Positions 49,178 to 61,330 of a DNA stretch of 64,000 nucleotides are shown here, in pieces. The first letter of the stretch is position 1. Every line of letters starts with the position of its first letter. The notes under the pieces are model-generated. The model was not told the origin of the DNA. It searched no databases and was given only the letters and a program-made list of their open reading frames with translations. The DNA comes from Mobula hypostoma (Eukaryota): contig NC_086097.1 of assembly GCF_963921235.1 (NCBI RefSeq), positions 226,054,001-226,118,000 on the forward strand, in the 5' to 3' direction. The position numbers were made by a program, and so were the translations under genes.

Positions 49178-50119
49178 GTACAATGTTAGGAGGGGCATGG
49201 AGGGCTATGGTCTGGGTGCAAGTCGATGGGACTAGGCAAAATAATAGTTTGGAACAGACTAGATGAGCCAAAGGTCCTTTTACTGTGCTCTATGACTCTC
49301 TGACTGTACAATACCACGGTCGCTGTACCGCTGTCAATTTCCATAACCTGCATTCTTCAATAGAGAGTCAAATATGCTGGGATGAACAATGTGACTGAGA
49401 GCAGCAGGAAGGATGGCCTTGACATTAAGGATGAAATCAGTGGCACAAGAATTCCTCACTCGCTGAATTCTTTTAGCCATCTGTTTTTTTTTGGAAAAGT
49501 CTCCTTAAAGTATACCACTGTGATCACACGTTTAGTTATTCATTCCAGCAGGAAAAAGGGAGAAATTCAACCTCAGCTCCATGTGCTAAATATGCAGCAC
49601 AGATGCAATTGTTCTTTGGAAACTGTCCCAGTGGAACTAAATATTAAAAGCAGAGTCCAATATGTATTGAGTGCCATAATACATCGTTTACACAATTGAT
49701 TGTATATTAAAAAATTCTACCCCACTTAAAACCTTTGTCTTTGCCTTACTGGACATTTCTACTTTGAAAGTGTTTGCCAGTACAGGTTACCGTCCGTACA
49801 CTTCTGTTGTTCCTCATTCACAGCACAGAGCCAAGAATAAATTTCCTGGCAGACGGATGGGTAGTGTATGTTACCTCCACTTCATAGCTCCTGAGTTCAT
49901 TTTATTGTTTCTTTTCTGGTATGCAAACTGAAATTGTACCTCAGAGGTGAATTCTTCTGTCTTTACCTACATAATTTATGAACCATAACTATAAATTTTA
50001 TGAATAGCACAAATGGGCTGTTGGTTCATTTAGTTATTGTATATGCACCTAAACTACTTGCCACTTTCTGAGCTGCTGGTATTATTGTGGCTCCACGCAT
50101 ATTAGGTCACATTTGTAGG

Positions 50120-50662
50120 ATCAGCAGATTTGTGGATTACACCAAGACTAGGGGCATAGTGGACAGCAAGAAAGGCTATCCTAACTGGCAGGGAGATCTG
50201 CATCAGCTGGAAAAAACGGGCTGAAAAATAGGCAGATAGAATTTAATGTAGCCAAGTGCAAGATGTTGCACTCTGGTAGGACCAACCAAGGTAGGTCATA
50301 CACAGTGAACAGTAGGGCACTGTGGAGTGTGTTAGAACAAAAGGATCTTGGAATACAGGCTGATAATTTGCTGAAAGTGGTGTCACTGGTAGGTAGGGTT
50401 ATAAAGGAAGCTTTTGGCACATGATAGGGCCATAAAGAAAGCTTTTTGCACATTGACCTTCATAAATCGAAGTATTGAGTAGAAGAGATGGGATGCCATG
50501 TTGAAGTTGTATAAGATGTTGGTGAGGTCTAAATTGGAGTATTGTGTGCAATTTTGGCCACCTACCTACAGGAAAGATGTGTACATGGATGGGAGTAGGC
50601 AGCTTAAATGTTTTGGCATGGACTAGATGGGCCGAAGGACCTATTTCTGTGCTGTACTTCTC
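50120..50662 (+). mobile_element. CR1 RT/3' fragment with an internal deletion
   Basis: EFNVAKCKMLH and EQKDLGIQ remnants followed by a 3'UTR. Confidence 0.8.
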
Positions 50663-50664
50663 TA

Positions 50665-51030
50665 AATAGAAGCAGGATTAGGCCACTTGGCCCATTGAGT
50701 CTGCTCTGCCATTTCATCATGGCTGATTTATTATCGCTCTCAAACCCATTCTCCTGCCTTCTCTCCATAGCCTTTGATGCCCTGAATAACCAAGAACCTA
50801 TTAACCTCTGCTCTAAATCTTCATAATGATTTTAACTCCACAGCCATCCATGGCAATGAACTCAACAGACTCACCACCCTCTGGCTAAAGAAATTCCTTT
50901 TCATCTTTGTTATAAATAGACGTCCCTCTATTCTGAGGCTGTGCCCTCTGGTCTTAGACTCAGCCACTATGGGAAACACCTTCTCCACATCAACTCTTTC
51001 TAGGCCTTTTAATGTTTGATAGGGTTCAAT
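50665..51030 (-). mobile_element. CR1 3' end
   Basis: LKGLERVDVEKVFPIVAESKTRGHSLRIEG. Confidence 0.85.
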
Positions 51031-52217
51031 GGGATGCCCTGATGAGAGGCATTTTGTCTTAATGCCTGAGAAATTGCCAGTATTTGCTGTCAATACATGG
51101 TGACACTGGGCACAGCTTCTGGTGTCTGCACATACAGTCAACCATTGAAATCCAAAGGTTGCTATTGCTATACTTTCCTCCTCAGAATGTGGGGCTTTTA
51201 TTGAATTCATCAGAAATTCAATGCCTTAACATTTGCTCACTGTAAGCACCATTGAAACAGTGAAGCATCGCTGATCGAGTTACAATGATATATGTGGCAT
51301 CATAACTGCTGAAGAACAAACTTTATGACTCTGAAAACAATTTGTGGGATGTCATATTTCTCCATTCCATGACAAAAAATTTCACTGCTCTCTAAAGTAA
51401 CTTTTTAAAGTTTGTTTATGAGAGACTGGACTCTACCTTAATCCCAGTGTAAATCTCAGACTTTACTGTCTCTTCAGTAGAAATATTAATAAAACCCCTG
51501 GACTACAAAAGTTCTCCAGTGTGATTGGCTGTTTGGCAAGCTTGATGACATCACTGGAGACTATAAATCCCTCATAGCTGACACCAACATGAAATGTTGG
51601 ATTAATAGGATTTTCAAAAGGCAGTTTAAAGATGCCACACATAAGGCTGCTAAAGAAGAAAAGAGTCCATAGTATTACAGGAAATATGCTAGCATGGATA
51701 GAAGATTGGCAGACTGGCAGAAGGCGAAGAGTTGGAATAAAGGGTGGCTGCCAGCGACTAATGATGTTCTGCAGGGGTCAGTGTTGGGACCACTTCTTTA
51801 CGTGTCATATGTCAATAATTTGGATGACAGAATGGATGACTTTGTGGCCAGGGTTGCAGACAATATGAAGATGAGTGAAGGGGCAGGCAGTGTTCAGGGA
51901 GCAGGGAGTCAGATTAGTAGACTGGGCAAAGAAGTGGCAGATGGAATACGGTGTAGGGATGTGTATGGTCATGCGCTTTGACAGAATGAATGAAGGTGTA
52001 GATTATTTTCTAAGTGGGGAGAAAATTCAGAAATCAGAAGTGCAAAAGGAGTTGAGAATCCTCGAGAAGGTTAACTTCAGGTTGAGTCGGTGGTAAGGAA
52101 GACAAATGCAACACTAGTATTCATTTTGAGAAGACTTGAACATAAAAGCAAGGAGGTGATACTAAGGCTTTATAAGGCATTGGTCAGAATGCATTTGGAG
52201 TAATGTGAACAGTCTTG

Positions 52218-52633
52218 TAGTCATAGTCATAGTCATACTTTATTGATCCTGGGGGAAATTGGTTTTCGTTACAGTTGCAGCATAAATAATTAAATAGTAA
52301 TAAAACCATAAATAATTAAATAGTAATATGTAAATTATGCCAGGAAATAAGTCCAGGACCAGCCTACTGGCTCAGGGTGTCTGGCCCTCCAAGGGAGGAG
52401 TTGTAAAGTTTGATGGCCACAGGCAGGAATGACTTCCTATGACGCTTTGTGTTGCATCTCGGTGGAATGAGTCTTTGGCTGAATGTACTCCTGTGCCCAA
52501 TCAGTACATTATTTAGTGGATGGGGGACATTGTCCCAGATGGCATGCAACTTAGATAGCATCCTCTCTTCAGACACCACCGTCAGAGAGTCCAGTTCCAT
52601 CCCCACAACATCACTGGCCTTATGAATGAGTTT
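52218..52633 (-). mobile_element. Rex1 3' fragment, same family as 41596
   Basis: Near-identical C-terminus (...KLYNSSLGGPDTLSQ) and (agtcat)n tail. Confidence 0.92.
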
Positions 52634-52754
52634 GGGCCCTTTAACTAAGAACATATGTGCTGGCATTGGAGAGCGTCCAGAGGAGGTTCACAAGAATTGA
52701 TTCCAAAAATGAAAGGGTTAAAGTCTGAGGAGCGATTGATGGCTCTGGGCCTGT

Positions 52755-53190
52755 CAATCAATCAATGGCTCCGTCTGTCTAAGTAGACAATGGATGTGCC
52801 CGGTATCCGGGGTGCAGACCTGGGCAATGAATATGGAGATCCTGGGCTGCCCAGACATCAAGATCCCCTTCTCGGCCTTGCGGATGTGATCCAAAGGAAT
52901 ACGAAGCAGTACATTTGGCATCAGCTTGGCTGCAGGAGCTGCCGGGAGGTGACGTGATACACCATCCAACCACCTTAGGGCTCCACTCTGGATTTGTGTA
53001 GGGTGTACTCCTTAGCCTTCTCTTCTCCCGAAGATACCCACAAGGCAGTGCGACCCGTAATCCTGGATAGGGGCCCATACCGGGTACTGTCAGCCATATC
53101 CGGCTGAGCCCGGGACTCGGGTAAGGCAGGGTCGTCACGCCCTGTAGTAGTGACGTATGGAGCCACTAGCCACTACCCACTACCGGTCCC
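52755..53190 (-). mobile_element. SINE-like element: GC-rich structured head, RTE 5'UTR-derived body, RTE tail
   Basis: (attg)n tail on the minus strand. The body is collinear with 29300-29530. Confidence 0.8.
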
Positions 53191-54424
53191 GTACTTGTTC
53201 AAGCTTAGCAGAATGACAGGGGATCTCATTGAAACCTATTGAAAGGTTGAGATAGCATGGATGTGGACAGGATGTTTCCTGTAGTGGAAGAGTCTAGGAT
53301 GCCTCAGATTAGAGGGATGTCCATTTAAAAAAGGGATGAGGAGGAATTTATTTAGCCAGAGGGTAGTTAATCTGAGGAATTTATTGCTATGGACTCATGG
53401 GGAAGCTAAGTCATTGGGTATATTTAATGTAGAAGTTGATAGTTTCTTGGTTTGTCAGGGCATCAAAGGTTACAAGAAAGAGGCAGGAGAAAGAGATTGA
53501 GTAGGATAATAGATCAAATGTGATTGAATGATGGAGCAAACACAATGGGATGAATGGCATAATTCTGCTCCAATGTTTTATGGTATTACAATATTATGGT
53601 CGTATAGAAATCAATAGCTTTGGGAGGTGATATCTATGCTAAAGATCATTAGATCTCCCAGTTAAGTTAGAGATTAGTTGCCATAACCCCTGATTAACTG
53701 TTGTCTACAAAATCCAACCCACAATAGTTTAAAATATTTCTCAAGGTTTAGATATGACTGACAAATCCTGCATTCATCAGCCAACTCTGGTTGCCACTGA
53801 GAAAATGGTTGCAACTTTTTTAATGGCTCAATTGATGAATGTATTCTGCTTTTTGCAGAATTATTGATGAATGCAAAAGAATATTTCTACATCAGGTTGG
53901 TATATGAAATAGGTAGGAATCTTGAAATGATTGTGCTCCCAGGGAATTCAACCCATGTCTATCAAGCTTTGGTGGACACTGGTCTGGCATGTGCTGTTAC
54001 ATGTTTTTTTTTTCTTTTGTGGACATTCTGTAGGTAATACAGACTGCAGATGTAAATGATTGCAAAGCAGCTGTTCCCGTCTATTCTTTGTTCTATTGTG
54101 TGGGAGATGCTCATTCAGGTGAAAGAACTCCGCCACATGCTGAATTCCTTCATAGCTGATGATTATGATCAATAGAAATTGTTGAGAAGCATCCCAGACG
54201 TTCACCAGCTCATCCATTTAGTAATTGAGACATGTAAACTTAGGAAACTGTGAAATGCTCTTAGCAGCTATATAACACTATTTCTATTATTTTATTTTAA
54301 CTATATGTGTTAAACCGCATAGGCTCAGCGCCATTGGATTAGAAGATAGAAAATCATCATGGATTCCTGATCCTAAGTCTAGGCAGTTGAAAAGGTGCTA
54401 GGGTCTGAAACATCTCGGATCGAG

Positions 54425-55795
54425 TCCTCAGGAGGGTGAACAGCCAGAGGTGATGGACTGTATAGGTACCAATGACATAGGTAGGATGAGTGATGAGGTC
54501 CTGCAAAGTGAGTTCAAGGAGTTAGGTGCTAAGTTAAAGGACAGAGCTTCCAGGATTGTGATCTCAGGATTGCTACCCATGCCACATGCTAGTGAGGCCA
54601 GAATTGGAAAGTTTATACAATTTAACACGTGGCTAGGGATTTGGCGTAGGAGGGAGGGCTTCAGATTTTTGGGTTCTCTTCCAGGGATATGGGACCTATA
54701 CAGAACTGATAGTTTGTGCTTGAACCTGAGGAGACTAATTTCCTAGTGGAAAGGTTTGCAAGTGCTGCATAGGATGGTGTGGGGGGGGGGGGAGGGGTAT
54801 GTGATTCAGCATGCCAGAACACATGTTTGAGTGGCTGTGGAAACAGATGCTGTTAAGAACCCAGGCAAGGTCAGGAATCAAAAGATTGAGCATGTTGGGA
54901 CTAATATTCTGAGTTGCATATATTTTAATAGAAGAAGTATTGTACAGAAGACAAATAGGCTCAGGGTTTGGATCAACATATGGAATTATGACATTGTAAC
55001 CAGTAGTGAGCCTTGGATGCAGGAGGGGCAGGACTGGCAGCTCAGTATTCTGGGGTTCTATTGTTTTAGAGGTTATAGAGTGGGAGGAATTAAAGAGGGA
55101 GGGGTCAGGGAGAATGTCATAGCAGTGCTCAGTCAGGACAGACTGGTGAACTCGTTAAGTGAAGCTTTATGCTTTATGGGTGGAAATGAGGAATAAGAAA
55201 ATTATGTTCATGTTTATGAGGCTATATTTTAGACCACCCAATAGTCGATAGGATTTAGAGGAACAAATGTGCAAAGAGATCACAGACTTTTACAAGAAAC
55301 ATAACGCTGGGATAGTATTACCCCTTGCCCATCCTCTGGGCTCCCCCCCCCCCCCCCGCTTTTCTTTCTCCCTAGGCCTCCTGTCCCATGATCCTCTCAT
55401 ATCCCTTTTGCCAATCAACTGTCCAGCTCTTGGCTCCATCCCTCCCCCTCCTGTCTTCTCCTATCATTTTGGATATCCCCCTCCCCCTCCCACTTTCAAA
55501 TCTCTTAATAGCTCTTCCTTCAGTTAGTCCTGACGAAGGGTCTCAGCCCGAAACATCGACTGTACCTCTTCGTAGAGATGCTGCCTGGCCTGCTGCATTC
55601 ACCAGCAACTTTTATGTGTGTTGCTGGGATAGTAGGTGATTTTAACGTTCCACGTATTGACTAGGACTACCATATTGTAAAAGGACTAGATGGGATAGAG
55701 TTTATCAAATGTGTTCATCAAAGTTTCCTTAATCAGTACATAGAAGTTCCGATGAGAGAGTGTGTATACTTGATCTGTTGTTAAGGAATGACCAA
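54425..55795 (+). mobile_element. CR1 ORF1 esterase / ORF2 endonuclease fragment
   Basis: IGTNDIGR, VISGLLPMP and LSCIYFNRRSI remnants. Confidence 0.85.
55318..55622 (+). mobile_element. Penelope pLTR fragment with 12-bp TSD and hammerhead motif (55521-55562)
   Basis: gctgggatagta at 55306-55317 and 55623-55634. CTGACGA...GAAACATC present. Confidence 0.9.
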
Positions 55796-55814
55796 TCAGG
55801 GATAGTAGAAGAAA

Positions 55815-57690
55815 CACGTGCCATACTTAAGTTTGCTGATGGCATCACGGTTGTTGGCTGAATCAAAGGTGGTGATGAATCAGCATGCACTGTAAGGATT
55901 TTGAAAATCTAGCTGAGTGGTGCCACAATGACAACCTCTCACTCAATGTTATCAAGACCAAGGAGCTGATCATTGACTTCAGAATGAAAGCAGAGATCCA
56001 TGAACCAGTCCTCATTGGGAAGTCAGAGGAGGAGAGAGTCAGCAACCTTAACTTATCATTTTCTAGGATCTGTTCTGTGCCCAGCACATATGTGCAATTC
56101 CGAAGAAAGCAAGGCAGCGCCTCTACTTCCATAGAAGTTTCAAAGATGCGGCATGACATCTAAAACTTTGACAAACTTCCATAGATGTGTGGTGGAGAGC
56201 TTGTTAACTGGTTGCATCATGGCCTGGCATGGAAACACCAATGTTCTTAAATAGAAAATCCTACACAAATGCAATATGGCACCAGCATACAATGCTCTCT
56301 TGGTCAACACCTTCCAGATAGGCCATGAAAATATCTATTTCACTTCTTTTCCAGTCCTGTTTTTCACCATAAATGTATTTCTTGGACTTTTAGAGCCTGT
56401 GATTTTACAGTTTGGAGATCATTTGAGTGATCCGGTGCCTTGCTGTCTCCAAGAAGATTCCGGGAAGCAATCACCTACTCGGACGGCCTTGAGGCAAAGA
56501 AACTTCAAGGTGGGGCAGGAGCCAATGTTCGACTCCATTTCTCAAATTAAAGCACCCATTAATCGCCTATTAAAACATCAAGGAGACATCAAGGCAAATG
56601 CAGAAGTTGCTTGAGTGTTCAGTGCTGGCTGCCTTCCTTTTGATCGCTGCTGAGGAGTCTGTGAGCAACCTGTCACAGTGTGGCTCACTGTGGCAGGCAG
56701 ATAGACCTCTGCACTTGTGTGGTGTCCCTCTCTTTCAAAGAACGTCAGTGATATCAAAGGATGATATCATGGTTCTGCGTTTATGGATTGAACTACTGCG
56801 TTTATGAATTGCAGACTCTTTCAGATTTATAGTTTTTATATTCTGTGTTTTCTGTCAGCAGTCCCTTTTCCATTTGTTGTGCGAGGGGAGGGAGTTTGGT
56901 GATTGATGTTTTGTTGTGTCCTGTTAGATTTTTTTTGCACAGAGAGGGGTTATTTTAGGGTGTCAATATTCTTGTTCCATTTTGTGTGAAGGGAGGAGTT
57001 TTAGGGTTGATGTTGTGTGAGGAGGGGGTGGCTGATATTTCTCTGTGAATGACTTTCATGTTCTTTCGTTTTTTTCATAGCTATCTGGAAGAGATGAATG
57101 AAATGTATATGGATACATGCTTTGATAATAACTGAAACTTTGTACAAAAGTTAGTGGATACAGTCCCATTCATCATGAGAAAGGCCCTTCCCACCAATGA
57201 GCACATCTACAAGGTGCGCTGTCGCAGTGAAACAGCATCCGTCATCAAGGACTCCCATTATCCAGGCCATGCTCGCCTGATGCTGCTGTCATCAGAAAGA
57301 GGTACAGGAGCCCCAGGACCCACACCACCGGTTTCAGGAACAGTTATTAGCCCTCAACCATCAGTCTCTTGAACCAGAGGCGAAAACCTCACTCAACTTT
57401 ACTCGTCCCTTCACTAAACATTCCCACAACCTATGGACTCACTTTCAAGGAATCTTCATCTCATGTTCTCGATACTTAACACTTATTTATTTCTTTTTAC
57501 TCTTTTGTATTTGCAGAGTTTGTTCTTTGCACATTGTTTGTTTGTCAATCATGTTGGGTGTGGGCTTTCCTTAATTCTATTGTGTTTCATGGATTTACTG
57601 TGTATACCATCGAGAAAATGAATCTCTGGATTGAATATCATGATATATGTGAATTTTGATAATCAATTTACTTTGAACTTTGAGCTTTGG
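55815..57690 (+). mobile_element. Rex1/Babar 3' half, split by an insertion
   Basis: KFADG, LSLNVIKTKELIIDFR and (actttga)n-like tail. Confidence 0.85.
56270..57142 (+). mobile_element. Non-autonomous element with a Rex/Babar-type 3' tail
   Basis: Interrupts Rex at tacacaaa/tacaaaa. Its end (gatgaat...ctttgataata) matches the Rex tails at 57618-57665 and 41555-41595. No RT. Confidence 0.6.
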
Positions 57691-57694
57691 AGTC

Positions 57695-58300
57695 AGAAGA
57701 GCTAGGGGACATCCTTGATGAATACTTTGCTTCAGCATTGTCCAGTGAGAGGGTCCTTAACAAATGTGAGGCCAGTGTAAAACGGGCTGATATGCTTCAA
57801 CATGTCGATGATAAGTAAGAGGATGTGCTAGAACTTTTGAAAGACATTAGGACTGATAAGCCCCCAGGGTCAGATGGAATATACCATAGGTTTCTACAGG
57901 AAGCAACAGAAGTGACTGCTGCATCCTTGGCAATGCTCACTAGCCACTAGAGCAGCATCAGAAGATTGGAGGATGGCAAATGTTGTTCCATTGTTCAAGA
58001 AAGGTAATAGTGATAATCCTGGGCATTGTACACTGGTGAGTTTTACATCAGTAGTGAGCAAACTTATGGAGAGGATTCTAAGGGATCCTCTAAGGGATCT
58101 GATATATAAGTATTTGGAGAAGCATAATCATATTCGGCATAGGCAACATGCCATGCTTCATGTTAAGTTTTTTGAGGAGGGTGACAAAATAAACTTTTTG
58201 AAGATAGAGTAGTGGATGTGGTATATGTTAGGTATTTGACAAGTTTCTCCATAGTAGTGTACCCGAAAAGTCATGAGGCATGGAATCGATAGAAACCTGC
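57695..58300 (+). mobile_element. CR1 internal ORF2 fragment
   Basis: EDWRMANVVPLFKKG...VSFTSVVSKLME. Confidence 0.83.
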
Positions 58301-58315
58301 TGTGCAGATACACAA

Positions 58316-58625
58316 GTCTCCTATATACATAGGCATCCGTTAGTCTTGTAAGACCATGGTTTTGCACCTTGGAAGGTTTCCAGGGCGCAGGCCTGGGCAA
58401 GGTTGTATGGAAGACCAGCAGTTGCCCACGCTGCAAGTCTCCCCTCTCCACGCCACCGATGTCATCCAAGGGAAGGGCACTAGGGCCAATACAGCTGGGC
58501 ACCGGTGTCGTCGCAGAGCAATGTGTGGTTAAGTGCCTTGCTCAAGGACACAACATGCTGCCTCAGCTGAGGCTCGAACTAGTGACCTTCAGATCACTAG
58601 ACCGACGCTTTAACCACTTGGCCTG
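58316..58625 (-). mobile_element. tRNA-headed SINE with RTE-derived body and tail
   Basis: A box remnant GGCCAAGTGG, B box GTTCGAGCC, then gtgtccttgagcaaggcacttaacc, then sequence homologous to RTE 29445-29530 and to 52755-52900. Confidence 0.85.
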
Positions 58626-60329
58626 CAAATCCATAAGTTCACCCTTTGTTGGGGTACTAAAGGCTGACAGCAGAATATTACCCTAAAAGTCTCTCAAAGC
58701 TGGTTGATAACCTATTGTAAATTGTTTTGAAACTTTTCAGCCAAAAGTGACCATCCACCAAGTTTTCCTGATAATATTTCCAAACTTCTAATTATTTGGA
58801 ATCAATTAAAAACTGATAGTTTTCAAGGAAATGACCTTTTAATTTTTAACTGTCCTCAATCTATGCTAAACATCAGATACATTGTATCACTTACTACAGG
58901 AGAGAAAATAGAAAGTGACGTTATAACATTGTGATCCAGAGGTGGGAATATAATGCACTAGATACTGTCAGTGCTGGAGTTTGCTTAGAGCAGAAAAAAA
59001 GGTCATCAATAATAACCATATGAATTGTTAAAGTTTCATTCCCAGTTTCCCAGTTCTCGTGATTGTGATTCAGAGAGACAGAATTTGGATCTTTATTGCA
59101 TTAACCATTTAAGCCAAATCAAATGATCACTGCCTGATGCTTGGTGGAAATGTTCCGTTATACAAGCGACAAATTAGAATAATGGAAATAATGACACATC
59201 GTCATTATTTGTCCCTGGTTGCTAATTAACTTTTGACTGTAGTGCAATGACTGATCTAATGCAAAGGGCGACAACTTGGCATTGCGCCAAGCACAGAAAG
59301 GCTTGTTCTGATGCCAGGTTGATGCTTTGTGGTTGTTTCTTGGTGTTCAGTCAGCTGGAGTCTTAATACATCATTGCCGATTGCTCAGGCAATGATATCA
59401 TGATACCATACTACTTGAATTTGTGTTTGCCACACCTGATAACATCATTATAGCCCCAGAAAACACTGCAAGTTAGCAATTAAATAAGCATTATGTATTA
59501 AATGCTTCTGGAAGTGGAATTGTCTGAAATTTGAATGACTTTTCTTCTTTTGCTCAAGCACTCCAACAGATTTTGCCTGTTTGTTTGAAATATTGCAGCT
59601 GTTAATGGTTAAGATGAGAGGATTAGAAATGGTTCAATACTTTAGTTCTGTATAATCAAATCAGTGAATTAAATCCATGAGCAGCAATGCCAGAAGCAAA
59701 ATGAACATCTCCATTCCAAAGTTTGTGCCTCTTCCGATCTAAGAAGTGCACTATTAATATTAAGATCAAAATGTCCAACTTATGTCTTTGAACAAGTTAG
59801 AGAGAGGCTGGGACTCAGATGCCCGAATACTCTTTAGAAGAGGGAGGAACACTCCTGCTGCTGAAGTCCTATAAGAAACTAATATTGTAACACCTACCTC
59901 CTCAAGCCATTTGGTGACCCTGCCCCACCCCACCCCCAATTCCACTCACTTTCATCTCTGCAATGTACCAGATATCATATTGCAGTAAGTGTTTTGCATT
60001 GAAGAGAACACCCCGCCCCCCCCCCACCACCCCATCACTTGTTCACAGCAGAAGCCTTTTGACCAATTTGAAATAGAGCTCGACAGTAATGCCTTCATGC
60101 CAAGAGGTGGACTTGCTTTGGCTTCACCTAGTGCAGGGTCAGGGTGGTTAAAATTTAAAATCAAAGTTTCCGGGTACTTTGGCATATCAACAGATCAAAG
60201 GGAAGTAGAATGCATTTCCAAATGGCAGCTTATGTTTTACTAACCAAGCTAAAATTTTCAAAGAGATCACTAAAATGATGAATATTGCAATGACTGTGGA
60301 TGTCATGTGAGCTTCCAGAAGGCATTCTA

Positions 60330-60712
60330 TGAGGGGTGATTGATAAGTTTGTGGCCTAAGGTAGAAGGAGTCAATTTTAGAAAACCTAGCACATTTATTT
60401 TTCAACATAGTCCCCTCCTACGTTTACACACTTAGTCCAGCGGTTGTGGAGCATACGGATCTTGGACCTCCAGAAAGGGTCCACAGCAGGGGTGATTGAG
60501 AAGTTCGTAGCCTAAGGTAGAAGGAGATGAGTTACTAACTTCAAACTTTCTGCATAATCACTTAAAGAGTTGAACTGCATGTGCATGTAATGAGAGCCGT
60601 ATAACTCATCTCCTTCTACCTGAGGCCACAAACTTATAAATCACCCCTGCTGTGGACACTTTCTGGAGGTCCAAGATCCGTATGCCCCACGACCGCTGGA
60701 CTAAGTGTGTAA
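60330..60712. mobile_element. Mariner-type MITE with nested TIR copies, right end truncated
   Basis: TA then (c>t)gaggggtgattgataagtt. The motif recurs at ~60488 and inverted at ~60612-60650. ~110-bp inverted arms. Confidence 0.72.
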
Positions 60713-60861
60713 GATTTCATCCGACCACATCTTTACAGTTTCTTCTAAGTGACAACTTGCAAAGTCTTGACAGGAAAGGACTTGCTTTTTTTTTAGCCAG
60801 GGCTTCTTCCCTTTTTGTGCAAGGCCTTGAAGCCATGAACTTCTTCTCCAGTTGCAGCCAC

Positions 60862-61330
60862 AGAGAACAAAAAAGAGAAAATCTGCAGATGCTGGAAATC
60901 TGAGCAACACACACAAAATGCTGAAGCCTGAAGAAAAGGCTGAGGAGTAGATTTAAAAGGTAGGAGAGGAGAGAGAGAAAAACACAAGGCGATAGGTGAA
61001 ACTTGAAGGGAGAGGGATGAAGTAAAGAGCTGGGAAGTTGATTGGTGAAAGAGACAGAAGGCCATGGAAGAAAGAAAGGGAGGATGAGCACCAGATGGAG
61101 GTGATTGGTGGGCAAGCAGATAGGGTGAGAGAGGGAAAAGGGAATGGGAAATAGTGAAGGAGAGGGAGGATGGGGGATATTACCAGAAGTTTGAGAAATC
61201 AACATACATGCCATCAGGCTGGAGGCGACCCAAACGGAATATAAGGTGTTGTTCCTCCAACCTACGTGTGGCCTCATCACAACAGTGGAGGAGGCCACAG
61301 ATGGACATATCAGAATGGGAATGGGAAGTG
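60862..61330 (-). mobile_element. Penelope-like fragment
   Basis: SHSHSDMSICGLLHCCDEATRRLEEQHLIFRLGRLQPDGM plus pLTR. The hammerhead region is mostly deleted. Confidence 0.88.

Larger units (their letters stand above)
51600..53590 (+). mobile_element. Old CR1 3' half hosting two insertions
   Basis: QGSVLGPLL and WAKKWQMEY remnants, collinear across 52218-52633 and 52755-53190. Confidence 0.83.

Noticed and set aside
53076..53165. Patchy + strand similarity to 5S rRNA (ataccgggtactgt, gcagggtcg)
   Set aside because: Matches are short, out of order and antisense to the element. Not supportable without a covariance-model search.
56276..56614. 112-aa ORF as a host gene
   Set aside because: It lies within a retroposed insertion and has no recognisable domain.
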